DNA of 64,000 nt. It comes from Scyliorhinus canicula. Lineage: Eukaryota. This document shows positions 11,400 through 22,000 of the stretch, one piece after another; position 1 is the stretch's first letter, and every line of letters begins with the position of its first letter. The notes below the pieces were generated by a model. The model saw only the letters and a list, made by a program, of their open reading frames with translations, was not told where the DNA came from and searched no databases. Location: the NCBI RefSeq assembly GCF_902713615.1, contig NW_024055482.1:124001-188000 (forward strand), given 5' to 3'. A program made the position numbers and the translations under genes.

Positions 11400-13110
11400 G
11401 GGAACGTGGAGGTGAAATGGGTTAATATTGCCCCTCCCCTCTCTGTTGTTGAAGTGGGGGTACAGTGGGTTAACGAATGCCCCTCCCCCTCTCTGTTGTT
11501 GAACTGGGGGTACAATGGATTAACTAATGCCCCTCCCCTCTCTGTTCGGGATGTGGGGGTACAGTGGATTGACTAATGCTCCTCCTCTTCTCTGTTTGGA
11601 ACGTGGGGGTACAGTGGGTTAACTAATGCCCCTCCCCCTCCCTTCTCTCTTCGGGACGTGCGGGTACAGTGGATTAACTAATGCCCCTCCCCCTCTCTGT
11701 TCGGGATGTGGGTGAACAGTGGATTAAGTGATGCCCCTCCCCTCTCTGTTGTTGAAGTGGGGGTACAGTTATTTAACTAATGCCCCTCCCCCCCTCTCTG
11801 TTGGGGAAGTGTGGTACACTGTGTTAACAAACTCCCCTCCTTTACATGGTGTATATGTGGGGATAAGTGTATTAAATACTGCACTCCCCACGCATTGGTG
11901 TGGAAGTGGGGTTACAGTGGGTTAACTAATATCCCTTCCTCTTTGTTAGGTAGTTGGGGTGCAGGGCATTTACGAATGGCTCTTCCCCTCTCTTTTTTGG
12001 GTAAATGTGGACAGAGTGGATTAACTGATGCCCCTCCCCTCTCTCTTTTGGGGAAGTGGGGGTACAGTGAATTAACTAATGCCCCTGCCCTCTCTGTTGT
12101 TGAAGTGGGGTACCGTGGATTAAATAATTCCCCTCCTCTCTTTTCAGGAAGTGAGCACACAGAGGATAAAGGAAAGCCCCTTCTCCTCTCTCTATTGGGA
12201 AAGTAGGGGTACAGTGGATTAACTAAAGGCCCTCCCAATCTCTTTGTTGTGGAAGTGGGGGTACAGTGTCTGAACTAAAGACCCTCCTCCTCTCTCTGTG
12301 GGGAGAGTGGGGGTACAGTACATTAACTAAAGATCCTCCTCCTCTCTCTGTGGGGAGAGTGGGGGTACAGGGCATTAACTAAAGATCCTCCTCCTCTCTC
12401 TGTGGGGAGAGTGGGGGTACAGTGCATTAACTAAAGATCCTCCTCCTCTCTCTGTGGGGAGAGTGGGGGTACGGTAGATTAACAAAAGACCCTCCTCCTC
12501 TCTCTGTGGGGAGAGTGGGGGTACAGTGCATTAACTAAAGACCCTCTGCCTCTCTCTGTGTGGAGAGTGGGGGTACAGTGCATTAACTAAAGGCACTCCG
12601 CCTATCTCTTTCCAGGGGAAGTGGGTGTACAGTGGGATAACTGATGCCCCTCCCAATCTCATTTTTTGTGGAAGTGGGGTACTGGGGATTAACTAAAGAC
12701 CCTCCGCCTCTCTCTCTTTTGAGGAAGTGAGCACATAGACGATAAAGGAATGCCCCTCCTCCTCTCTCTGTTGGGAAAGTAGGGGTGCAGTGGATTAACT
12801 ATGGGCCCTCCCAATCTCTTTGTTGTGGAAGTGGGGGATGGTGGATTAACTAAAGGAGCTCCGCCTCTCTGTGTGGGGAGAGTGGGGTTACAGTGGGTTA
12901 ACTAAGGACCCTCTGCCTCTCTCTGTGGGGAGAGTGGGGATACAGTGAATGAACAAACTGGATTCCGCCTATCTCTTTCTTGGGGAAGTGATGTAGTGGA
13001 TTAACTAAAGGCCCTCCCACTCTCTTTTTGTGGAAGTGGGGGTACAGTGGATTACCTAAAGGCCCTCCGCCTCTGTTGGGAAAGTGTGGGTACAGTGGGT
13101 TAATCATTTC
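11400..13110. repeat. ~45-50-bp minisatellite (GGGGGTACAGTGGATTAACTAATGCCCCTCCCCTCTCTGTT..GAAGT) in the Cmu4-TM1 intron
   Basis: Roughly 30+ diverged tandem units; near-identical block at ~12270-12590. Confidence 0.9.
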
Positions 13111-13532
13111 CCTTTCCCCTCTCTTTGATGGGGAATTGTTGGTCCATGTTTCTGTGTGACCCTCAATTCTGTTCCCAGTGGGTGTGATGCAGTAACTTAA
13201 AGCTGACATTAATTTTAAAGGGATGGACAATGGGAGAAGCAGGAACACCGAGATCTAAATGTGATGGGTTTGTTTGTCTGAAATGGGAAATTGTCCGATT
13301 TCTCCTCAGCGGGAGGAAAGTCAATGAAGATATTTTGCTGAATCCTGGAATGAATGAGTTTTACTCTGTCTCTAACCCAGGGTGTATCTGAGCTGGGAGC
13401 ACTGATTGTATCAGACTTGGGGCCGAGACCTGTAGAAATCCGGGTCTCATTGAACAGATCTAATATCAGCAAAGTGGAAGCGACATTAATTAAGTGGCTG
13501 TACATTTAAATCACAATTGGAGGGAAAATAAC

Positions 13533-13552
13533 TTTATTATTTTTATTTTATT
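13533..13552 (-). terminator. Secretory-form poly(A) signals (three AATAAA)
   Basis: Plus-strand TTTATT at 13533, 13542 and 13547, just after the Cmu4-sec stop. Confidence 0.75.
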
Positions 13553-13574
13553 TCAAAATATAACCAATCGATTC

Positions 13575-13966
13575 TCATTGACATGAATTAACGGTGTCCA
13601 TCAGAGCGAGGGAAATGTTCACAAAACTGGGTTTACCGCTGGATTTATCAACCGTTCTGTTGATGATCTTCAAGGGGATGGCTTCATGTCCCACCACACA
13701 GGAGTAAGAAGCGCCGCTGGCCCACTCCTCCGCTGCAATGGATAACAGGCTGTACATGAAGAAGGAGCTATTGCCGTTCTCCGCCATCACCTCGGTGTTC
13801 TTGTAGTTCCCGGGATTCACCGGCTTGTCCTTGACGGTCCACTTGACGAAGATCTCTCGGGGGGAGAAACCTCTCACTAAGCAGTTGAGGGAGACGAATC
13901 TCTGAGCGGAGACGTCTTCAGCCGAGGGTAGGAGGACAGAGACGGACGGTTCCCGCGGATTGGGAT
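13575..13966 (-). CDS. IGHM: IgM Cmu4 plus secretory tail
   Basis: (D)[42 protein letters not shown]...[23 protein letters not shown]|[20 protein letters not shown]. Penultimate Cys; internal donor G|GTAAAC at 13637/13636. Confidence 0.97.
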
Positions 13967-14229
13967 CTGCAGAAAATGCACAATAAATGTCAATAAAATG
14001 GGAAATTCCGGAAACAATGGAACCGCGGGTTAGATGTGAGAGAAATGTGTTTTGTGTTGGATTTTAAAGGTTTCCATTTTCCACTTTGGGATCTGTCCGG
14101 TTTCCCAGCTCGGAGCAGAGGTGGACACAACCTTTTCCCTGAGAATTTACGGATATTGGATTCGAAAGTTTCAGAAAGTGTACAGCAAGGAAACAGGCCA
14201 TTCGGCCCAACTGTTCTGCGCTGGTGTAT

Positions 14230-15560
14230 AAACTCCACACCAGGCTCCTCCCACCTTACTCCCAGAGGATTGGAAAACTGCCAATGTCACACCCTTATTC
14301 AAAAGGGGAGGGAGTCAAAATCAGGTAACTATTAGGCCAGCGACCTTAACATCTGTCCGTGGAAAACGGTTCGAGTCCATTATAACAGATCCAATAGCTG
14401 AGCATTTCGAAATACATAACATAATCAAACAGAGTCAGCACGGCTTCATGAAGGGTAACTCATGCCTGAAAACTTTATTGCCCTTATTCGAGGTGATAAC
14501 GCGAAGGCTAGAGAGGGGGAGGGGTGGGGGGCAATAGATGTAATATACATGAATTTCAAAACTGTGTTTAATAAATGAATGTACTATTCCCATGTTTACA
14601 GATGGCAAAAATAGGTAGAAAGGCAAGTGGTGAGGATTACAGAAAATCCACAGAGGGACAGAGAATGTGAGGTTACACACTTTGGGAGGAGGAAGAACAT
14701 AGCGGAATATTATTTAGCTAGAGAAAGACTGGAGAAAGCTGAAGTAACGGGGGAATTGGGGGCTCTCGTGCAGAAACCACAAAAAGCAAATTCTGCAGGT
14801 AATATGGAGACAAATTGAATGTTGACATTTATTTCAAAGGGAATAGAATATAAACATGGGGCAGTCTGGCTAAAACTATACAAGGCATTCCCGTACCGGA
14901 CTCCACGAACAGGCGCCGCAATGTGGCGACTAGGGGCTTTTCACAGTAACTTCATTGAAGCCTACAGTAAGCGATTATTATTATTTAGTTAGACTACACC
15001 TGATACACTTTGAATAGTTTTGTTGCCCTTATCTGAGGAAGACAGATTGGTTTTGAAGGCAGTCCAGAGAAGGATCATGAGGTTGATCCCAAGTATGGAG
15101 GCATTTTCTTATGAGCTGAGGGTAACTTTGCTGGTTTGTACTTCTTGGAGTTCAGAGGAATAAAGCGACCTGATTGAGACAAGATTCTCGGGGAGTTTCT
15201 TTGGATAGACGCTGAGAGGTTGTTTACCCCTGTGGGAGCGTCTCGGAGCAGTGCAGGATCACAAAGTGAGGGTTCTCCCATTTCAGACAGAGATGAGAAG
15301 GAATTTCCTCTCTCAGAGGGTAGTGAAGCTGTGGAGTTATTTAACGCTGGGGGCTGTAGATTCTGGGTCGGCGAGTACGTTCAAGGTTGAGGGAGACATA
15401 TTCTAAATCAGTCAAGGCGTCAAGGGATATGGGGATAAGGCGGGAAAGAGTAGTTGAAGATAATCACATCAGATCAGTCATGACCTCACTGAAGGCTGGA
15501 CCAGTGTTGATGGGCCCAATGGCCTACATCTGCTCCTAAGTCCTGTGGACTATGGTCTCG
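14230..15560 (+). mobile_element. Decayed CR1 RT and 3' fragments (with a SINE 3' stub at ~14890-14985) in the Cmu3-Cmu4 intron
   Basis: QHGFMKG.SCL, CEVTHFGR and CR1 3' UTR motifs, with frameshifts. Confidence 0.75.
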
Positions 15561-15772
15561 CTCCATCTAAACCCAATATCGCTGTTTTCAATTCATTCTT
15601 CATTCGTCTGCATATCAATTTCCCCCTTAAACTCTAAGGGCCCAGAGTATTTAGTTAGTGGAATTACCAATCAGAATGGACCATAAATACACTGAATGCT
15701 AAATACTGACCGCTGCACTGACACTAGAAATAGACACAATGACTCACTTATTGCTTCAGTTTCACCGCTCAC

Positions 15773-16081
15773 CTATTTTTTTGTGGATTGCAATTCTTAA
15801 AGGAGTTGGCAGGTCCTGATGGCTCGCCACACAGTCAAACACAGCCCCACTCAGCCAGGCTTGTGTCGAGATGTTTAATTTGCTGAGCACGCTCTCAATA
15901 TCTGCCCCTGGCTCGTCTGCAATCCCTGATTTCAGCGGCTTCTTCGCTTCACTCCAGGACACGTTGACTCCATAAGGACCATTCGAAATGACGCAGGTTA
16001 AGGTTACAGTCGCCTCCAGTAAGACCTGTTCTATTGGTGGTGGCAGTATTGTTACTGAGGCGTCAGTGCAAACGGAAGAAT
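15773..16081 (-). CDS. IGHM: IgM Cmu3
   Basis: (D)[42 protein letters not shown]...[22 protein letters not shown]. caatcacag acceptor, G|GTGAG donor, phase 1/1. Confidence 0.96.
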
Positions 16082-16254
16082 CTGTGATTGAAAACATGAA
16101 AATTAACCCAAGTTTCATCTTCACAATCAGGACAGCAGGATTCAGCCTTCACTCTCTAAATGGGAATAAAGCAACTTCGAAATATCAACCTCTGAAGACC
16201 GCCTTTAATCTTCGATATACAATAGAAAACCAGCGTGTTCTGTGAAATATATTA

Positions 16255-16553
16255 TGGAATCATAGATCACTACAGTGCAGAAGATGACCATTCGGCCCAT
16301 GGAGTCTGCACCGACCCGCGAAAGAGCACTCTACCTTGGGCAATTCCTCACAACCCCACCTAATCTTTGGACATTCAGCGACAATTCAGCATGACCAATT
16401 CACCTAACCTGCACGTATTTGCCTGCGGGAGGAAACCAAAGCATTTGGAGGAAACCTGTGCAGAGACGGGGAGAAGGTGTAAACTCCACACAGTCACCCG
16501 CCGTCAGTATTGCACCGGGTCCCAGGCACGGTGAGGGCTCAGTGCTAACCACT
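16255..16553 (-). mobile_element. Decayed tRNA-derived SINE
   Basis: CATAGA tail, ACCTAACCTGCAC, GGAGGAAACC. Confidence 0.75.
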
Positions 16554-17001
16554 ATTGTGAAAATCGTTTAGCCCCGGTATCATTTTAATGAATCAGTATT
16601 GCAGCATTCCCAATGCGATTCATAATTCCTGATCTCTGGAGCGCAGTCATGAATGCTAATTTATAAACAGGCTGGATGAACTTTTCAACACTTTCCCCCG
16701 GAATTGTTATCAATAAAGGATTCAAGACATTCACTGCCTCTGACATATAATCAGCTGTTTCGGAATAAAGCTGACATCAAGTCCACCTCACTCACTAAAT
16801 GACTTCAAAAGTGAGGGAAACCTTCTTTGCTGTTCTGATCAAATCCTGAATGGTGAGCAACCCTAATGCAGCTTACATCAGAATGAAATACAAACCACAT
16901 AGAAGTTATTCTGTGCTTTGTACTAACTTCAGTAAATTCCTGATTTGGATTAACATCAGAATGCAGGATGATTTATTGTTTCCTCTGTTTGTGTCTCTTA
17001 C

Positions 17002-17313
17002 CAGACGCGGTGATGTTGTGACTTTGGGTGACCCGTCGATGAATGACCTGGCAGGTATAGACCGCTTTGCTGAACCATTCCCCAGCGGAGACTGTCAGCC
17101 GACTGCTCGCCGAGAAGTTCCCGTTCACTTCACAGGCGGGAGAGGTGACAATTCCTGAACCCATGGCTTGTCCATTCTTCAGCCATTTCACCGTCATTGA
17201 ATTTGGCTGGAAATCGTTAATTGAACAGACCATGGTGGCAAATTTCTTGCTTGAGATTTCTTCATTAGAACTCACGGTGAGGAGAACATTTGGATGGATG
17301 TCAGGTGGAGGAC
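17002..17313 (-). CDS. IGHM: IgM Cmu2
   Basis: (C)[47 protein letters not shown]...[19 protein letters not shown]. cttgaag acceptor, G|GTAAG donor. Confidence 0.96.
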
Positions 17314-17511
17314 CTTCAAGAAACAGAAATTAGACATTTCTTGAATAAGATGTTGTGACGAATAAAATGACTCATTGTATTTTAACAGTTTCTCTGTGGT
17401 CACTATTTCTCGCAGGAATCAGACCAAGCAGAGTACCATCAATGTGTTATGACCAATGATGTGAATAAAGTAATCAAAGCGTCTGTTTCTCACAGATTCC
17501 ACAACACTTAC

Positions 17512-17811
17512 ATTTAATTTCAATGCTCTTGTCTGAGCCGCTGTGTCGAACCTCACAGCTGATTTTGCTGCATCCCCCCTCTGACTCGGTGATGGTTAAC
17601 TGGCTGCTCAGGGTGTATGTTCCCTTCTTGTTTCTCACTGACGGGTATTTCTTAACTCCAGTGGTGATCAGCTGCCCATCTTTCTTCCAGGTGAGGCTGG
17701 TGATTTCTGGGGAGTAGTCCATCGCCAAACAGCCGAAGGTCACGGAGCCGTCGGTGTTGTGTTGCTGACAGGAGGAGACCAGGCTGTAGAGAGTGGGCGG
17801 AGACGGTGTCG
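17512..17811 (-). CDS. IGHM: IgM Cmu1
   Basis: (A)[45 protein letters not shown]...[17 protein letters not shown]-chain-bonding Cys present; ctcccag acceptor, T|GTAAGT donor. Confidence 0.97.
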
Positions 17812-18119
17812 CTGGGAGAGAATGGCCCATTCAACAAGTTAGACTCTGGTTTTCGTGATTTATACGTAACCAAGCATTTCATAATTTGACTAGAACTATC
17901 CTAACATTTACCGATTTAATCATACATCCACATTGAATCTTCTATCAGTTCTATCGTTGTGAATCACCTACTTTTTGCCCCCTCTTTAGAAACCCACATT
18001 TCTTTCTCCATCTCTATCGAAAGAAACACATTTTGATGTAATCTGAATGGTGTAACTTTCATTGGATTGAAAGAGAGGAGCAGAGCGTTTTCCCGTTATT
18101 TAAGCCACCATGTAATATA

Positions 18120-18300
18120 AAATGTAAATGAGGCCATAGTCCCGGAGACTGCTCTCTCCTACTGAGAGCTGACTGATGGTGGTTTAACCTGAGGGTCACC
18201 ACATCTCAGGCGAGGGGCAAGGTTACAGCCGGTGCAGCAATTGAACCCGCGCTGTTTGGATTGATCTTGATCACGAACCAGCCGCCCAGCTAACTGAGCT
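18120..18300 (-). mobile_element. SINE whose tRNA-like head runs into the 29-bp array
   Basis: Minus strand AGCTCAGTTAGCTGGGCGGCTGG...GGGTTCAATT...GCCTGAGATGTGGTGACCCTCAGG. Confidence 0.7.
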
Positions 18301-18658
18301 GTGTACGTCACAATCCAGCCAACTGAGCTGTGTACGTCACATTCCAGCTGAGCAGTGTACGTCACAATCCAGCTGACTGAGCTGTGTACGTCAAAGTCCA
18401 GTTAACTGAGCAGTGTACGTCACAATCTAGCTAACTGAGCTGTGACGTCACAATCCAGCTGACTGAGCTGTGTACGTCACAATCCAGCTAACTGAGCTGT
18501 ATACGTCACAATCCAGCTAACTGAGCTGTGTACGTCACAATCCAGCGAACTCAGCTGTGTACGTCACAATCCAGCTAACTGAGGTATGTACGTCACAATC
18601 CAGCTAACTGAGCTGTGTACGTCACAATCCAGCTAACTGAACTGTGTACGTCACAATC
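18286..18658. repeat. 13 x 29-bp tandem array CCAGCTAACTGAGCTGTGTACGTCACAAT
   Basis: Period 29 (e.g. 18484 to 18513); two AGCT per consensus unit; CGTCA in every unit; one perfect TGACGTCA at 18443-18450. Confidence 0.95.
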
Positions 18659-19084
18659 AATTTGTGTTAAAGAAGTTGTATCTTCATTTGTATCTTTGCA
18701 GTTTTGGGAAATTCCCTTTGTTCAAACTGACTGATGCCCCCTCCTCTCTTCATCTCACTACCTCACTACCAAACCAGAGAATAGTGGCTTTGCTTCAAAA
18801 ACACCTTCGGAATGCACATTTATATAATTACAACAAAGCTCTAAATTGAGTAAGCGTAACATTCTCTTATTTTAGGATTATTAACATAAACAGCGGGAGG
18901 CGGCCATTCGGTCCGTCGAGCCTCCTCCACCTTCACTAAGATCCTGGCTGTGCTGATTGTGGTGTTAACTCCGCATTCCGCCTGTCACTGGGACCGGGCT
19001 GTCTGCGATCCCCCCCACTCCCCGCCCCGCGCTCTCTGAGCCTTCCCCCATCTCGCTGCAGTTCCCGCTGGTTTCTGCACCTTT

Positions 19085-22000
19085 CACACGCTCCCTTCAC
19101 TTTCTTGCAGTTCTCTGCTCTTTTCCGCGGATCTCTGCACTTTCCCTCGACTCTGCATTTTCTCCGGCTATTTGTGCTTTGCCCATGTGCGTTGCACTTT
19201 TCCCAGTTCATTGGGCTTTTGCCGGTTCCTTGCACTTTCCGCGGGCCCGTTGAGCTTTTCGCCAGTACTGTGCCCTTTACCCCGATTCTTGTCGCTTATC
19301 GCCCACTCCATGGACTTTCTTTCATTTCTCTGCGCCTTCCCCCGGTTCTCTGCGCCTTCCCCCGGCTCTCTGCTCCTTCCCCCGCCTCTCTGCTCTTTCC
19401 TCCGCCTCTCTGCTCTTTCCTCCGCCTCTCTGCTCTTCCCCCCGGCTCTCTGCCCCTTCCCCCGCTCTCTGCCCTCTTCCCCCGCTTTATGAACCTTCCC
19501 CCCCCTCTGCCCTTCCTCGGCCCTCTGCTCCTTCCCCCGGTTCTCTGCCCCTTCCTTCGACTCTCTGCGCCCTTACCCCCGGCGCTCGGCCCCTCCCCCC
19601 CGCTCCGCCCCTTCTCCCCCCCCCTCGGCTCTCGGCCCCTTCTCCCCCCCCCCCCCCCGCCTCGGCTCTCTGCCCCTTCCCCCCCCCCCCACCCCCTCTC
19701 TGCCCTTCCCCCCCGGCTCTCGGCACCTTCCCCCCCCCCCTCCGGCTCTGGGCCCCTTCCCCCCCGCTCTCTGCCCCTTCCCCCCCGCTCTCTGCCGTTC
19801 CCCCCCTCTCTCTGTCCCTTCCCCCCCGCTCTCTGCCCCTTCCCCCCGCTCTCTGCCCCTTCCCCCACCCCGCCCGCTCTCTGCCCCTTCCCCCCCCTCT
19901 CTGCCCATCCCCCCCGCTCTCTGCCCCTTCCCCCCCCGCTCTCTGCCCCTTCCCCCCCTCTCTGCCCCTTCCCCCCCCGCTCTGCCCCTTCCCCCCCTCC
20001 TCTGCCCCTTCCCCCCTCTCTGCCCCTTCCCCCCTCTCTGCCCCTTCCCCCCCCCCCCCCCCCTCTCTGCCCCTTCCCCCCCCCCTCTCTGCCCCATCCC
20101 CCCCGCTCTCTGCCCCTTCCCCCCCCCGTTCTCTGCCCCTTACCCCCCCCCCCGCTTTCTGCCCCTTACCCCCCCCCCCCCCCCCGCTTTCTGCCCCTTA
20201 CCCCCCCCCCCCGCTTTCTGCCCCTTACCCCCCCCCCCGCTTTCTGCCCTTACCCCTTACCCCCCCCCCCCCGCTTTCTGCCCCTTACCCCCCCCCCCCC
20301 CCTTTCTGCCCCTTACCCCCCCCCTCCGCTTTCTGCCCCTTACCCCCCCCTCCGCTCTCTGCCCCTCCCCCCCCCCGCTCTCTGCCCCTTCCCCCCCCCC
20401 GCTCTCTGCCCCTTCCCCCCCCCCGCTCTCTGTCCCTTCCCCCCCCCCCCACCCCCCCCCCCACCCCGGCTCCCTGCCCCTCCCCCCCGGCACTCTGCCC
20501 CTCCCCCCCCCCCCGGGCTCTCTGCCCCATCCCCCCCCTCCGGTTCTCTGCCCCCCCCCGGCTCTCTGCCCCTACCCCTCCCCGGCTCTCTGCCCCTCCT
20601 CCCCCCCCCCCCCCAGCTCTCTGCACCTTCCCCCCCCCCCGGCTCTCTGCCCCTTCCCCCCGGCTCCCTGCCCCTTCCCCCCCCGCTCTCTGCCACTTCC
20701 CCCCCCCCCCCCCACCCCGGCTCTCTGACACTTCCCCTTCCCCTTCCGCTCTCTGCCTCTTCCCCACCCCCGCTCTCTGCCCCTTCCCCACCCCGCTCTC
20801 TGCTCCTTCCCCACCCCGATCTCTGCCCCTTCCCCCCCCCCGCTCTCTGCCCCTTCCCCCCCGCTCTCTGCCCCTTCCCCCCCTCTCTGCCCCTTCCCCC
20901 CCTCTCTGCCCCTTCCCCCCCTCTCTGCCCCTTCCCCCCCTCTGCCCCTTCCCCCCTCTCTGCCCCTTCCCCCCCCCTCTCTGCCCCTTCCCCCCCTCTA
21001 CCCCTTCCCCCCCCTCTCTGCCCCTTCCCCCCCCTCTCTGCCCCTTCCCCCCCCTCTCTTGCCCCTTCCCCCCCCCCCCCTCTCGCCCCTTCCCCCCCCT
21101 CTCTGCCCCTTCCCCCCCTCTCTGCCCCTTCCCCCCCTCCCTCTCTGCCCCTTCCCCCCCCCCCTCTCTGCCCCTTCCCCCCCCCCTCTCTGCCCCTTCC
21201 CCCCCCCCTCTCTCTGCCCCTTCCCCCCCCTCTCTGCCCCTTCCCCCCCCCCCTCTCTCTGCCCCTTCCCCCCCCCGCTCTCTGCCCCTTCCCCCGCCCC
21301 ACTCTCTGCCCCTTCACCCCCTCCTGCTCTGCCCCTTCCCCCTCCCTCTCTGCCCCTTCCCCCCCCCGCTCTCTGCCCCTTCCCCCGCTCTCCCCCCCCC
21401 CGCTCTCTCCCCTTCCCCCCCCCCGCTCTCTGCCCCTTCCCCCCCCCCGCCGCTCTCTGCCCCTTCCCCCCCCCTCTCTCTGCCCCTTCCCCCCCTCTCT
21501 GCCCCTTCCCCCCCCCTCTCTGCCCCTTCCCCCCCTCTCTGCTCTGCCCCTTCCCCCCCCGCTCTCTGCCCCTTCCCCCCCCCCCCCTTCCCCCCCCTCT
21601 CTGCCCCTCCCCCCCCCGCTCTCTCTGCCCCTCCCCCCCCCGCTCTCTGCCCCTCCCCCCCCCCCGCTCTCTGCCCCTCCCCCCCCCGCTGTCTGCCCCT
21701 TCCCCCCCCCCCCCCGCTCTCTGCCCCTCCTCCCCCCCCCCCCCCAGCTCTCTGCACCTTCCCCCCCCCGGCTCTCTGCCCCTTCCCCCCCGGCTCTCTG
21801 CCCCTTCCCCCCCGGCTCTCTGCCCCTTCCCCCCCGCCTCCCTGCCCCTTCCCCCCACGACTCTCTGCCACTTCCCCCCCCCCCCCCCCACCCCGGCTCT
21901 CTGACACTTCCCCTTCCCCTTCCGCTCTCTGCCCCTTCCCCACCCCCGCTCTCTGCCCCTTCCCCACCCCCTCTCTGCTCCTTCCCCACCCCTCTCTCTG

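Noticed and set aside
13575-17811. IgW or IgNAR assignment
   Set aside because: Four C domains, a CH1 with the L-chain Cys, a typical IgM Cmu4/secretory tail, a conventional VH and two D segments fit IgM
18286-18658. CRISPR-like appearance of the 29-bp and 65-bp arrays
   Set aside because: Units are head-to-tail with no unique spacers, there are no cas genes, and the DNA is vertebrate
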